DNA of 64,000 nt, from IMG/VR virus record IMGVR_UViG_3300045988_094266; one strand, 5' to 3'. Numbering within the stretch: the stretch's first letter is position 1; each line of letters opens with the position of its first letter. Below are positions 40,084-50,095 of this stretch, piece after piece. The stretch is from a virus. The notes under the pieces were generated by a model. It saw nothing but the letters and a program-made list of their open reading frames with translations. It was not told the DNA's origin and did no database searches. Both the position numbers and the translations under genes were made by a program.

Positions 40084-41246
40084 TTATTCACTAACAGTAG
40101 CATCTCCGCCATTTAAGATAAGCTCTGTACCAGGAGTCTAAGTAATTTTTTCTATATTTATATTATTGACAATCATAGTTCCATCGCCTGTAATAGCAAC
40201 ACCATTTTCACCATTAGTGCTTTTTACTACACCGAGGGCTTCTGCTGTAGCAATAGGAATAGTAACTGCGCCATCGCTAACCTAAAGAGGAGTAGTTCCT
40301 ACGGTTATACTCTTAATCTTCTCTGCTAAAGCCGCGGGAAGACCAGTAATTTTCTCCTATGCAATCGCTTTTACGCCAAGAGTTTTATCATCAGGATCAA
40401 TTTCTAATTCATCACTGACTCCTTTGATTTCTGCTAAACCCTATAATTTAGCAATTAGAGTGTCTTGAACTAAAGATGATCCTTCTACTTTGTCGACTTT
40501 ATTAGCTAACTTAGTATCTACACTACTTGTAGTTTCGTATCCACTTAAATCTACAAATCCCGCAAGAACATCCCATTTGTAAGTTCCAGCATCATCAGTG
40601 TCAATACATACTACATTAGTTCCAGCTGGATATTTATTATCAGCTCCTTCAACGAAGTCTTCAGTAGTGGTGAAAGCATCTATAATATTATATACTTTTC
40701 CCTCTTGATCAGCTCCAAGTGTAGGAAGGAAACTAAACATAATGGAACCAGCAGGTTTATAAGTTGAACTTATTGCAGTAGCAATTTTTTGGTCAATCTT
40801 AGAATCTGCTTCTGTTTTATTATAATAATCATTAAATTTTCCATTAATAGTGCTTCATAAGCTGCTTTAACTTCCTCAATGGCTGCCCAAAGATTAGAAG
40901 CTGTTATTGAACTTTCTTCTTCTTTGGTACCAACAGAGGTTTCTAATGCGGAAACTTTTCCTTGAAGCTCTAAAACATCTTCCGTTAAATCACCAGAAGC
41001 AGTAGTTGAAGCCAATTTCATTAAATTGCCAGCAGCATTTTGAATCATATACGCTTCAACTGTATTTTCTTCTTCATTAACTAAGGTAACTACCTAACCA
41101 ACATATGCTACAGGACTAGATTGAGCATATGTTGTTAATTCTTCCATATTATACCATACTGAATATTCATCAATAGGGAAAGGATTTCCTCTACGAATAC
41201 TCAGAGGTAACGCCATATATGCAATATCTTTGTTAATTACTGCCAT
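40084..41246 (-). CDS. Tail-fibre-like paralog with several in-frame TAGs and an apparent -1 frameshift or indel at an A-AAU-UUA heptamer (~40840-40850)
   Basis: MAVINKDIAYMALPLSIRRGNPFPI...AAIEEVKAAYEALLMEN then shifts -1 into FNDYYNKTEADSKIDQKIATAISSTYKPAGSIMFSFLPTLG...KIT[TAG]TPGTELILNGGDATVSE, ending in TAA. Homology to the 38721..40058 gene supports both halves. Confidence 0.4.
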
Positions 41247-41263
41247 TATTTGTTCCTCCTTCC

Positions 41264-42325
41264 TTACTTTCCAATTACAACCTTATGATCCTCAGTTGGA
41301 TCAATGGAAGCAGGTTGATAAACGAATACATCATAAGGAACCGCGGTAAATCCATTTGCTCCTTCTACTTGCACTGGTCCTTGCTTTACATAGCTAGAAG
41401 TTACATCTGCGTTCAAACTAGAAGTAATATTAGCTGCGGTAACTTTAAGCCCAGAAGATTGAGGAACTGCGATAATAATTCTCTTAGTATCACTTTTTGC
41501 TTTAATGCTATTAATAGTCATTGCGGCTGCCGCTTTATTGCTTGCTGTTAAAGAACGAATAATCGCGCTAGTTAAAGGATCTGTAGAATTATTAACTCCA
41601 TAAAAAATCTAGCGATATCCAGTAATAGCTCCTGTGCTATTAGACTTAGATCCAGCTTTAATCTGTCCTTCTGCATATTCAGAACCAAGATTTGTAACAG
41701 GAATAGCTCCATTCCCATAATTAGCTGTTGCTGTAATCTTTAAATTAGTAGCATCTTCAACTTGAATTTCAGAGAAAGTTCCAGTAGCTTCTGTTTTTGT
41801 TTCTTCATCAAATTGGACGCTCCAACCGGTTGCTGTAATTCCAGTGTCTGGGCCGTATTGATAAGATCCTTTATTTAAAGTTGCAGTATAAGTTGGAGTT
41901 ACATTAGTGCCTGCTTCATACGCTTTCATTTGACTAGAGGAAATACTAACAGAAGGTTGCGTAATAGTAGGATTTTTTTCTTCCGCAAAAGCATCTAGCA
42001 GTAATTGATCTAATGTTTTTCCAGTCGCGGGAATATTAACAGATCCATCTCCTCCAGGAGCATATTTACCAAAAGTATAGGTAAATGTAAAATCATCATC
42101 AAATTTTACAATAGATGAATCAACTTCTACAATATCTTTTCCACCAGAATATTCTAACTAACCCCAAGTGCTTGTTCCATCACCATATTTTACTTTTCCT
42201 TTATTCTCGCCATCAGTGGTAAGACAAGCCTCTCCAACGAGAGGAATAAAGGAGTCCTTAACTGAAGTCCAATTTTCCTCGGTATCATGTCTAAGTTGGA
42301 TTCTAGTTTTTAATTCATTGGCCAT
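41264..42325 (-). CDS. Tail-fibre-like paralog with two in-frame TAGs (joins 41609..41929 and 41264..41521)
   Basis: MANELKTRIQLRHDTEENWTSVKDSFIPLVGE...GDGTSTWG[TAG]LEYSGGKD...AITGYR[TAG]IFYGVNNSTDPL...HKVVIGK, ending in TAA; RBS AAGGAGG. Confidence 0.5.
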
Positions 42326-42345
42326 CTTTAAAATGCCTCCTTATT

Positions 42346-42906
42346 TTAGTCTACTGCTGTCCCACAGTTTAATATTAAAGTAAAACCTTCAACATCCACT
42401 ATTTTATCAAGTCCTACAGAATTAATTTCTCCGGTTCCATCTGAAAGTATTTTTATCTAGTTATTCTAACTACTCCCCTTAATTAAACCAAGATTTTCTT
42501 CTGTTCCCGCCGGAATAGTAACTTTATTATCTTCAACCGGCAAATCTTTATTTCCGATAGAGATAGTTTCTATTACTTTATCCTAAGATATTGGAGTATA
42601 CCACTCTAATGTGCCATCTTCTCTTTTTCTAATAGATTGCCCTGTTGATGCTTCTGTAAATCCTTTTAATGAAATCTGTCCAATTCCATCAATAACAATA
42701 GATTGATTGTCTACATCAACATTTACCAAACTACTATTTATATATTTTAACTATTTCCACTCGGTGGATCCATCTCCAATTTTTAACTTTCCAGTATCTA
42801 TTTCAAATCCCGGCTCACCTTGACGAAGAATTGGATTTAATTCGGTCCACTTCTCTGATGTTCCTCGCTTGAACTAAAATATTGTTTTATAAACAACTTC
42901 AGCCAA
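42346..42906 (-). CDS. Tail-fibre-like paralog with about five in-frame TAGs (TTG start after AGGAGGG)
   Basis: (M)AEVVYKTIF[TAG]FKRGTSEKWTELNPILRQGEPGFEIDTGKLKIGDGSTEWK[TAG]LKYI...; carries the conserved N-terminal fibre motif; TAA stop. Confidence 0.4.
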
Positions 42907-42920
42907 AGTCACTCCCTCCT

Positions 42921-43178
42921 TTAGCCAATTAGTCCGCCATCATAAATAATAGTTGTATCTTCTGGAGGAAGAGGCTAATCTCCGCCTCCACCAGAGGGCT
43001 ACAACACCCATTCATGATCAGAATTGAGAATATATTTATTTCCATTTTCAATTACATATGCCGAACTGCCTGGCTTTCGGTTTGTAGGGAGATTAGCAAC
43101 ATCACTTTGGTAATCACATAAAAAATGAATCGCGCCATATATAATTTTATTGGCTGTATTTTTACCAACAGTAATCAT
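42921..43178 (-). CDS. Small structural-module protein with two in-frame TAGs
   Basis: MITVGKNTANKIIYGAIHFLCDYQSDVANLPTNRKPGSSAYVIENGNKYILNSDHEWVL[TAG]PSGGGGD[TAG]PLPPEDTTIIYDGGLIG; RBS AAGGAGAA. Confidence 0.35.
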
Positions 43179-43276
43179 ACTTATTCTCCTTTCTTAAAGA
43201 AGTAGAGAAAATTATCTCTCTTTATACTATATAACAATATTGACAAGAGATTTCACATAAATTGTCCAAACCCCAT

Positions 43277-43335
43277 TTTTGAAAGAAAAATTTGGTGAGC
43301 CTGCGCGAACGGAAACTCGGAGCAGAACGAGGACA
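43277..43335. repeat. Conserved ~55-nt element, copy 2
   Basis: Same sequence as 16196..16250 (TTTTGAAAGAAAAATTTGGTGAGCCTGCGCGAACGGAAACTCGGAGCAGAACGAGG). Confidence 0.6.
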
Positions 43336-43339
43336 ACAG

Positions 43340-43372
43340 AAAAGAGGGGCTAGCTTATGGCTAGCCCCTCTA
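43340..43372 (-). terminator. Intrinsic terminator (gaggggctagc-ttatg-gctagcccctc, T-run on the minus strand)
   Basis: 11-bp perfect inverted repeat downstream of tRNA-Met and the AAA ATPase gene. Confidence 0.5.
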
Positions 43373-43455
43373 GGGTAATCAAGGTTTTGCAGAACCTCAA
43401 TCATACATATTGCATTTATAAATGAAATATATATAAACACCGCTGCAACGATGGA

Positions 43456-43531
43456 TGGTTGCGGGTATGAGAATCGAACTCATTCCTCAAGCCTTATGAG
43501 GGCTGCGACTTAACCACTTGTCCTACTCGCA
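43456..43531 (-). tRNA. tRNA with anticodon CAT (Met, or Ile-lysidine)
   Basis: Acceptor tgcgagt/acccgca, anticodon loop CTCATAA, T-arm atgag-ttcgatt-ctcat, CCA encoded. Confidence 0.55.
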
Positions 43532-43570
43532 ATATATAAAGCAGTTTTAAGACTTGCTTAGGTCTTTATA

Positions 43571-44696
43571 TTAAAGGTCAATATACTTATTGACTCCATA
43601 AATTGAAACCTTAGTAAAGGTTGCATTTTCAACCCTTACTTTTTCGTTAAATTCCTTTCTAGCCTTTGCACTCTCTTCCTCAGTGGGGTAATCATAATCG
43701 AAAGCATCAAAATCACAATAGAAATTAGCATCTACGCCCATAAGTACGAGAGTACCATCCATAGATTTAATCTTTCCTGGATCAAAAGAAAGGTAGAAAT
43801 CATTCTTATCTTTTTTAAACCGAAGACACTGAACCTCTTTGGCATAAAGATCGAGATTATAATTATATGCAGTCATAACCCAACCATTAGTCAAACGAAC
43901 ATTAACATCAAAGAGAACACCTCTCTCATAGTTAATATTCAAGTCCATTAAGGTTTCCTCCAAAGGATAACCCTGTTTCAAATCAAAAGCAATAGCCCTT
44001 AGGCTATCATAAGTGATGTCTGCGACCTGCGATAACTTAACAACCTTTTCAATTTCCTCTTCCTTGCCGCTTCCAAGCGCATCCATCATATATGCCCGTA
44101 CTTCATCTGCGGTAGGACAGCCAATCTCAAAATGATAGTGAAAACGACCAGGGCGATTGATAAGAAATTCGTTCAATTTTCTTGTATCGTTACAAGTGAT
44201 AACAAAAAGTTTCTTTCCATTATCAATCCCATCAAATAGACTTAAAAGTCCTACCTGCGGATCGCCGTCATCATTCCTGGCAAAAGTCTTTTCAAACTCG
44301 TCAAAGATAATAACAACTTCTTGTTCAATGGAACTGAGGAAATTACTAATTCCGGGGATAGGAGAATCGACTACAATCACTGGCATTTCTCGCTTGATCG
44401 CGGCATCCGCAATCATTCTTGCAAAAAGAGATTTGCCAATACCTTTCTTACCAGAAAGAATTATACCAAAGTTTCGCTCGGACTTATCGAAAGAGTTGAA
44501 AACTTTCTCTACTTTATGACTATGCGAGCCATAAACTTTTTCTTCGCCAATCTGCAAATTATTATGAACAGAAAGCCAAATTCCCATTTGGGGATGGAAA
44601 CCGATTGTATAGGTTCCGATTGGTAACTCTTTATAAGTTTTTACATCGTCACCATATACCTAAAAACGATTTCCTGTATGGACAATATTCATCTAT
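43571..44696 (-). CDS. AAA+ ATPase with one in-frame TAG near the N-terminus
   Basis: MNIVHTGNRF[TAG]VYGDDVKTY...MGIWLSVHNN...ILSGKKGIGKSLFARMIADAA (Walker A); RBS GGAAAGGAAG. Confidence 0.5.
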
Positions 44697-44721
44697 TTAC
44701 TTCCTTTCCTATTGTTAGATG

Positions 44722-44809
44722 TGGTGGGCCAGGAGGGAATCGCACCCACTCGAGCTCGAAAGCACCGGTTTTACAGACCGGGGTGTCTACTTTATCACTT
44801 TACTGACCC
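44722..44809 (-). tRNA. tRNA-Tyr (GTA), class II
   Basis: Anticodon stem ccggt/accgg with loop CTGTAAA; long variable arm; CCA encoded. Confidence 0.65.
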
Positions 44810-44827
44810 ATATATAAAAGAATTGTT

Positions 44828-44914
44828 TGGTCCCGGAGACGGGACTCGAACCCGTACGAGATTGCTCTCAGGGGATTTTAAGTCCCCTGTGTCTGCCAAT
44901 TCCACCACTCCGGG
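44828..44914 (-). tRNA. tRNA-Leu (TAA), class II
   Basis: Acceptor cccggag/ctccggg, anticodon loop CTTAAAA, long variable arm, T-arm gggttcgagtccc. Confidence 0.65.
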
Positions 44915-44999
44915 ATATTGCACATTTTTATGCTGAGTTGTGCTTCTCACCTTTCTCTTCTTCTTCCCCGGCGGATGAAAGTATCTCCGGTGTATTCGG

Positions 45000-45116
45000 C
45001 GGGGAGTGCAGGACTCGAACCTGCGACATCGTGCACCCAAAGCAAGTTAAAGATTGCTGTTACGGTCTTTAACAAGACCAAACTATAACGCGCTCTACCA
45101 ACTGAGCTAACTCCCC
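45000..45116 (-). ncRNA. tRNA-like gene (intact acceptor, D-arm and T-arm) with a ~40-nt insertion in the anticodon region; intron-containing tRNA or Y-RNA/vault-RNA-like molecule
   Basis: ggggagt-ta-gctcagttggtagagc-g ... [66 nt including the hairpin ggtcttgttaaagacc] ... gcagg-ttcgagt-cctgc-actcccc-g. No canonical anticodon arm can be drawn. Confidence 0.45.
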
Positions 45117-45363
45117 ATATAAACGATTTTGGATAAGGTTAATCGAGAACCTCGTCAGTGTGCTACTACGCCAAAGGCGAGCCCTGCAGGTTTACTCGCC
45201 ACTCTTTAAATGGTGGACGCTTTCAATCCTACATCCTGACAATAGAAGTCTTATTTACGATTTCTGTACGTATTGCTTCTATTACTGGCACCGCTTCTTC
45301 GTGTTGAACGAAAACTTCTTGGTTCAGAGCCAAGCGTGCAGACCGCTACACTAAAGCGGTATA

Positions 45364-45437
45364 TGGCAGCGGATAGAGGGGTCGAACCTCTAACAAGGGA
45401 GTCAAAGTCCCGCGTGTTACCATTACACCAATCCGCT
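45364..45437 (-). tRNA. tRNA-Gln (TTG)
   Basis: Anticodon loop CTTTGAC, G73, D-loop TAATGGTA (same family as the suppressor tRNA), CCA encoded. Confidence 0.6.
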
Positions 45438-45509
45438 ATAAATCAAGACGCATTAAAGAAAAGACTGTTTATCAGACAGTTGCGTAAACCATTCCGCCAA
45501 AATCGCTAA

Positions 45510-45545
45510 GCGCGATCCACAGGATTCGAACCTGCATCTTCTATT
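45510..45545 (-). other. 3' tRNA fragment (T-arm gcagg-ttcgaat-cctgt plus a 3' acceptor strand, no 5' half)
   Basis: The T-loop signature has no complementary acceptor or D-arm upstream. Next to the repeated ATTTGCTGTATGCGTCTT motif. Confidence 0.35.
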
Positions 45546-45797
45546 AAGAAGAATTTGCTGTATGCGTCTTTATTTTACTTATATTTTAATTACACTCGCT
45601 GCTATATCGCAGTTGAACAAATCGTCATAAATCTTCTCTAAAGAAGCATCTTCATCAATGGTATATCCATTCAAAAGAGAATGTTTCTTTAGAGCTTCTT
45701 TTTCTGATTCAGCAGTAATCTTCTCTAACTTAATTTCATTTTCAAAGAAACTAAGAACTCCAACAACAAAATTCATAATTTTCTCCTAGACTTTAAG

Positions 45798-45873
45798 TGG
45801 TACCCGGTGACGGGCTCGAACCGCCGACCTCCGCGGTGTAAACGCGATGCTCTCCCAGCTGAGCTAACCGGGC
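45798..45873 (-). tRNA. tRNA-Val (TAC)
   Basis: D gctcagctgggagagc, anticodon loop TTTACAC, T-arm ggcgg-ttcgagc-ccgtc, CCA encoded. Confidence 0.7.
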
Positions 45874-46339
45874 ATTTAACTCAGAAAGATATTTTTAAAT
45901 TCGTTCTCAAGCATAAAGAAAACTTCGCTCGCGCAACCACCTTTGCCGACTTGAACATAAGCAATCATAACATCTCCAGAGTCAGCATCGAAACCACGAC
46001 AAATAGTCTTAACAAGACCATAAGGATTAGCTCGATAAAAGCAACCCATAGCAACAAAGTTATTCTTCATATTTAAGACTTCCTTTCTCAACTTTCTATA
46101 AATATTATATCATTTATTTTTAATATTTTCAAAAGTTTCTAAAGACTAGACTCAAAAGGGCTTGCCACATATGCTCAACATTTTCTTGGCTTCCCTTCAA
46201 AAAGAAAATGCTTCTTAGCTTTCTAAATAAGATTTATTTAGTAAAATCTTTTTATACAAGTATATTTGCATATATTTGCTGTATTGAGTCTATATATATA
46301 GGAAAGGAGTGATACATATTCTCGCTCCCTAAGAGGGAG

Positions 46340-46416
46340 TGGTCCGAGTGGTGAGACTCAAACTCACGGCCTCGTGATCCCAAATCACGCGTTCTAATCA
46401 ACTGAACTACACCCGG
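46340..46416 (-). tRNA. tRNA-Pro (TGG)
   Basis: Anticodon stem cgtga/tcacg with loop TTTGGGA; T-arm gtgag-tttgagt-ctcac; CCA encoded. Confidence 0.65.
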
Positions 46417-46693
46417 ATATTAACTTAGGGTTTTTCGCACTTCCGCAGATTTCCATGCCTGGTCCTTATCGTTTCCTCTAGTGCTATACGAGGCACCGAC
46501 CCTAAACCCTTCTGCTCTATGCCGGTTGTGTACTGATACCGGAAAACATCTTGGGGACTTTATTTTTTTTACCTTCGTTGCTCCAATCCTCGAAGGGTAT
46601 CTCGAAGTATAGCTCTTCTATTTTACTGGCTCGGATTTAAGGCCCTACGATTTATTCTTACTGCCTTTCAGACTTGTACGTAAGATACCAATA

Positions 46694-46781
46694 TGGCGCA
46701 GAGAGTAGGATTTGAACCCACGGATCTTTCGACCTCCTGCTTTCTAGGCAGGCGCCATAAACCAGACTCGGCCATCTCTGC
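46694..46781 (-). tRNA. Class-II tRNA (Ser-like) with anticodon parsed as AGA
   Basis: Anticodon stem cctgc/gcagg with loop CTAGAAA; long variable arm ggtcgaaagatc; CCA encoded. A34 is unusual. Confidence 0.5.
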
Positions 46782-46784
46782 ATA

Positions 46785-46861
46785 TGGTACGCCAGAGAAG
46801 ATTTGAACTCCCACAAGCCAGGGTCCGTAGCCCTGTGCACTCTCCGTTATGCTACTGGCGC
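46785..46861 (-). tRNA. tRNA-Arg (ACG)
   Basis: Anticodon stem caggg/ccctg with loop CTACGGA; CCA encoded; starts 3 nt after the preceding tRNA. Confidence 0.65.
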
Positions 46862-46935
46862 ATATACTAGACCCACCATCTTTTTCTCCAGTTCAAACAA
46901 CAGGTAAAGAGTTCTTTGCAGTACGGGTCTAAATT

Positions 46936-47388
46936 TTAATTACGAGTACGTAACCAATAATTTTTCATCTTGTAATTTGAATCATCCGTCACTTCAATAG
47001 CATCATCAATAGGAAACTGATAGTTGCGGGCCTGCTCCTCTGATTCAAATTCAATTTCTGCATAGATAAAAGCTCCATCATCTACCACAGAAACCGTGAG
47101 CGGATACCCGCCGCAATTAAAAACGGAATAATTTTTCTTAATTGGAGGTTTACCGACAAAATCTTTTAGCTGATTGTAAAAATCTTCCGAAATTTCTGTT
47201 TCAATTTCTTCTCTTGTTAAAGAGCCTTCACCTTTTACGGTAATTCTAAAAGGCTCTTTACTTGCCGGGTTATGTCGTAATCGCACTTCTGGATTCGTCG
47301 AAACATAAAATTGCTCTACCTGAGAATTTTTTACTAATCGAAATTCGGTAGGAACTCTTTGAAGAATCCACTTTCTTTCAATTTCCAT
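46936..47388 (-). CDS. CYTH-domain protein (triphosphate tunnel metalloenzyme family)
   Basis: 150 aa. The N-terminal MEIERKWIL motif is typical of CYTH/CyaB-like proteins; sits inside the tRNA cluster. Confidence 0.45.
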   Translation of the reverse strand: MEIERKWILQRVPTEFRLVKNSQVEQFYVSTNPEVRLRHNPASKEPFRITVKGEGSLTREEIETEISEDFYNQLKDFVGKPPIKKNYSVFNCGGYPLTVSVVDDGAFIYAEIEFESEEQARNYQFPIDDAIEVTDDSNYKMKNYWLRTRN

Positions 47389-47672
47389 ACGAATCCTCCA
47401 TCAAATAATCTGCATCTTCATAAAGAGTGTCTTTTATAATAACACACTCATACTTATTATCTCTCTCCGCAGAAGCATCAAGAATGATTAAAGGCTCTCC
47501 TCCTACAGTAGTTTTGGAAAAAACTCTCGCAGCGATGTTCATCGCCTCTCAAGGAGAATTTGCTACTAAAAGAACATTCCGCTTAAACACTTTACTTTTT
47601 ATTGTCTTTAATTTAACTGAGACATTAAAAAAGTATTCCATAATAAATCCTTTCCTACTTTTATTATTAACT

Positions 47673-47997
47673 GGTGGAGCCGGCGGGAGTCGAACCCGCG
47701 TCCGAAACACCTATATAATTAAAGTCTTTTCACACGATAGTTAAACTTTATCCATTAAGTGGGATAGGCTTTAACAAACCACACTCCATTAAGCGTACTG
47801 GTTTACCTCCACCACTTTGTTTAAGAGAGTAAACAAAGAAACTCAAGGGTTAAGCGGCGAGCTTAGCTCAAGCCGCAAGATAATTCTCGAAATAATCGTT
47901 GTCAGTTAATTTTTGTTGCCCCTTAAGGCGGTGTGCATACCCGTGAACTTTAATCCTTCAATGCCCCGTCGAAACCTTTACGGCCCCATGTAACCCC
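47673..47997 (-). ncRNA. ssrA: tmRNA (SsrA), tag peptide ...DNDYFENYLAA
   Basis: 5' GGGGCCGTAAAGGTTTCGACGGGG, tag ORF gacaacgattatttcgagaattatcttgcggcttga, 3' tRNA-like end GGACGCGGGTTCGACTCCCGCCGGCTCCACCA with a G3:U70 pair. Confidence 0.75.
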
Positions 47998-48059
47998 TCT
48001 TGTTAATTATATAAGCAAAAGGGGTATATAACACTTCAAGAAATTTTGTCCTTGCGGAC

Positions 48060-48134
48060 TGGTGGGCCACCGAGGACTCGAACCTCGTCCCGTAGGGCTT
48101 CAACCTACTGCTCTGCCTGTTAAGCTAATGGCCC
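48060..48134 (-). tRNA. tRNA-Phe (GAA)
   Basis: Anticodon stem gtagg/cctac with loop TTGAAGC; T-arm cgagg-ttcgagt-cctcg; CCA encoded. Confidence 0.7.
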
Positions 48135-48215
48135 ATAGGCTCTCTATGTGAGGCGATGCTCAACCCACAACCAAGACGCGCGCTCTTGTGTTTTCCACTT
48201 TTAAACTAATAGAGA

Positions 48216-48292
48216 TGGTACCCCGTATTGGACTTGAACCAATGACCTACCGCTTAGAAGGCGGTTGCTCTTTCCAGCTGAGCTAACGGGGC
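48216..48292 (-). tRNA. tRNA-Arg (TCT)
   Basis: Anticodon stem accgc/gcggt with loop CTTCTAA; CCA encoded. Confidence 0.7.
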
Positions 48293-48304
48293 AAATAAGG
48301 AGCA

Positions 48305-48538
48305 TTAAGCTACTCCAGCTTTTCTTGCTACTCTTGCAAGAATTTTATAGTCTGTACTATCTTCTGCAACCAATTTACATGGCTTTCCAATTAGAGCAAA
48401 TAAACCAAGCAGACTACGAGCATCAACCATAACCATACCGTCATTAGAATGAACCCAAAGTACATCTGGAGTTTTACTCGCTACGGCATTTAGACGCTCA
48501 ACATCACTTGTGCTTTTGATATTAATATCCATTACCAT
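48305..48538 (-). CDS. Small hypothetical protein
   Basis: 77-aa ORF between tRNAs. Confidence 0.25.
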   Translation of the reverse strand: MVMDINIKSTSDVERLNAVASKTPDVLWVHSNDGMVMVDARSLLGLFALIGKPCKLVAEDSTDYKILARVARKAGVA

Positions 48539-48553
48539 TTTATCGACCTCCTT

Positions 48554-48805
48554 TTATATTCTCCATGTACGAAACTCTTTGAACTGCTCTTCCAGATCTT
48601 GTTGATAGTTATAAACTTCGAGAACCCGTTGCATATTTAAGCTATTAGTCCTATCAATAAGACTAATCGCTTCATTTCTATCAACTGCATAAATAGGGTA
48701 ATCTTCAAAGGAAAATTCATCAACTGCAATAATGCAGTATTGATTGATACCATTATCACCACGGATTACCATATCACGAACTTCTACATAACTTGCTATA
48801 GACAT
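48554..48805 (-). CDS. Small hypothetical protein
   Basis: 83-aa ORF; RBS present. Confidence 0.25.
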   Translation of the reverse strand: MSIASYVEVRDMVIRGDNGINQYCIIAVDEFSFEDYPIYAVDRNEAISLIDRTNSLNMQRVLEVYNYQQDLEEQFKEFRTWRI

Positions 48806-48823
48806 GGCACTCTCTCCTTTTAT

Positions 48824-48898
48824 TGGCAGGGCGAGTAGGATTCGAACCTACAGTCATGGTTTTGGAGACCATTGGTTTAGCCATTAACCGATCGCCCT
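48824..48898 (-). tRNA. tRNA-Trp (CCA)
   Basis: Anticodon stem atggt/accat with loop CTCCAAA, G73. The anticodon is CCA, not UCA, so TGA is not decoded as Trp. Confidence 0.7.
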
Positions 48899-49137
48899 AT
48901 GTAAGCTGAGCGTCCCCAGCCCTAATCGAGTTACTTTGGAGCTGCTTCCACTGACGGGCGAACTCGATAAACAAAAGCCTTTTGTTCTACACTCTAGTCA
49001 AAGCAGCATGACACCCTAGTGTAGCATGGCCTCTGTGGTCTTTGTCCCACAAAGAATTTTTCGAACCGAACTCTTTGCACATGACAGAATTTTGCGTTAG
49101 GTATTCACCCTGCCATCTGTCAAGGCTGTCATTCGGT

Positions 49138-49214
49138 TGGTGCTCCGAGGCAGATTCGAACTGCCGACCTCGCGATTATCAGTCACGTATTCTAACCAAC
49201 TGAACTACCGAAGC
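49138..49214 (-). tRNA. tRNA-Ile (GAT)
   Basis: Anticodon loop CTGATAA; T-arm ggcag-ttcgaat-ctgcc. Confidence 0.65.
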
Positions 49215-49440
49215 ATATAATAGGTTCGTTTCGGCGTCACCCGCATTGAGGAGAACCATTTCCCCAGTCTGAGGCCTTAGGGCATACCTCGACGACAGCC
49301 CAGCATTATGTCCGCCAACAGAAAGTTTTTTGACACCCAGTTTATCACTTTCAACTTTTCCGCCGAAGAATGGCGTGGCTTTCCTTTATACGCCTCCGAG
49401 GAGGAGCTTCCCGCAGTCTATTCGCCCCGGCTACGAGGGG

Positions 49441-49516
49441 TGGAGCAAGATACCGGATTCGAACCGGCCCTTTCTGCTTGGAAGGCAGACGTGCTAGCCG
49501 CTAACACTAATCCTGC
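49441..49516 (-). tRNA. tRNA-Gly (TCC)
   Basis: Anticodon stem tctgc/gcaga with loop CTTCCAA; CCA encoded. Confidence 0.65.
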
Positions 49517-49785
49517 ATATGGTAGTTTCCCTGTTTTTTAGAGGTACTACCTAACCCAAGTCGACTTTGTCGTTTGTTCACAGATAACCCGCTCAAACAA
49601 AACAAACCAAAATGCGGAGATGAACGAAATTGTTTTCTTCTTCTTGAATCAGAGAATCGTCATCAAGTTGTCCCTAAGTCATGCAGTCTTCGTAACGCCA
49701 GACTACCAGAAACGCTACTCGGTTTAACCTTGACTGAAAATTCTCGTGCACAGAATAACAGTTGTGTCTCACTCAAGAGTAGAAA

Positions 49786-49862
49786 TGGTGCGTGTGGCGA
49801 GATTCGAACTCGCGACTCCCTGCTTAAAAGGCAGGTGCTCTAGCCTACTGAGCTACACACGC
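49786..49862 (-). tRNA. tRNA-Lys (TTT)
   Basis: Anticodon stem cctgc/gcagg with loop CTTTTAA; T-arm gcgag-ttcgaat-ctcgc. Confidence 0.7.
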
Positions 49863-50095
49863 GACTGTAAACTTTTAAAGTTCACTTAGGATATTATCGA
49901 GAATCTTTTCAAAATCTTCATCCTCAACATAGAACATCTCATTCATAGTTTTACGATCAGTAAGAGAATGATCTGCATTATATCTACAAACTAGCACTTC
50001 AAGAAATTGCCAAAAGCGCAGATTTGGATTAGTCTTTCGCCAAATAACCTCAATCTTATTAGCAATACTAGAAATGCGATTTGCGTCTCTCACAC

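Noticed and set aside
44712-45509. Several 60-105-aa ORFs on both strands (44712..44936, 44795..45040, 44827..45072, 45273..45509)
   Set aside because: They overlap tRNA-Tyr, tRNA-Leu, the tRNA-like insertion gene and tRNA-Gln; open frames there are by-products of GC-rich RNA genes.
48824-48898. Possible TGA-to-Trp reassignment (code 4)
   Set aside because: tRNA-Trp has the standard CCA anticodon. ThyX, the SLH ORF and the tmRNA tag all terminate at TGA. No in-frame TGA is needed to complete any conserved gene.
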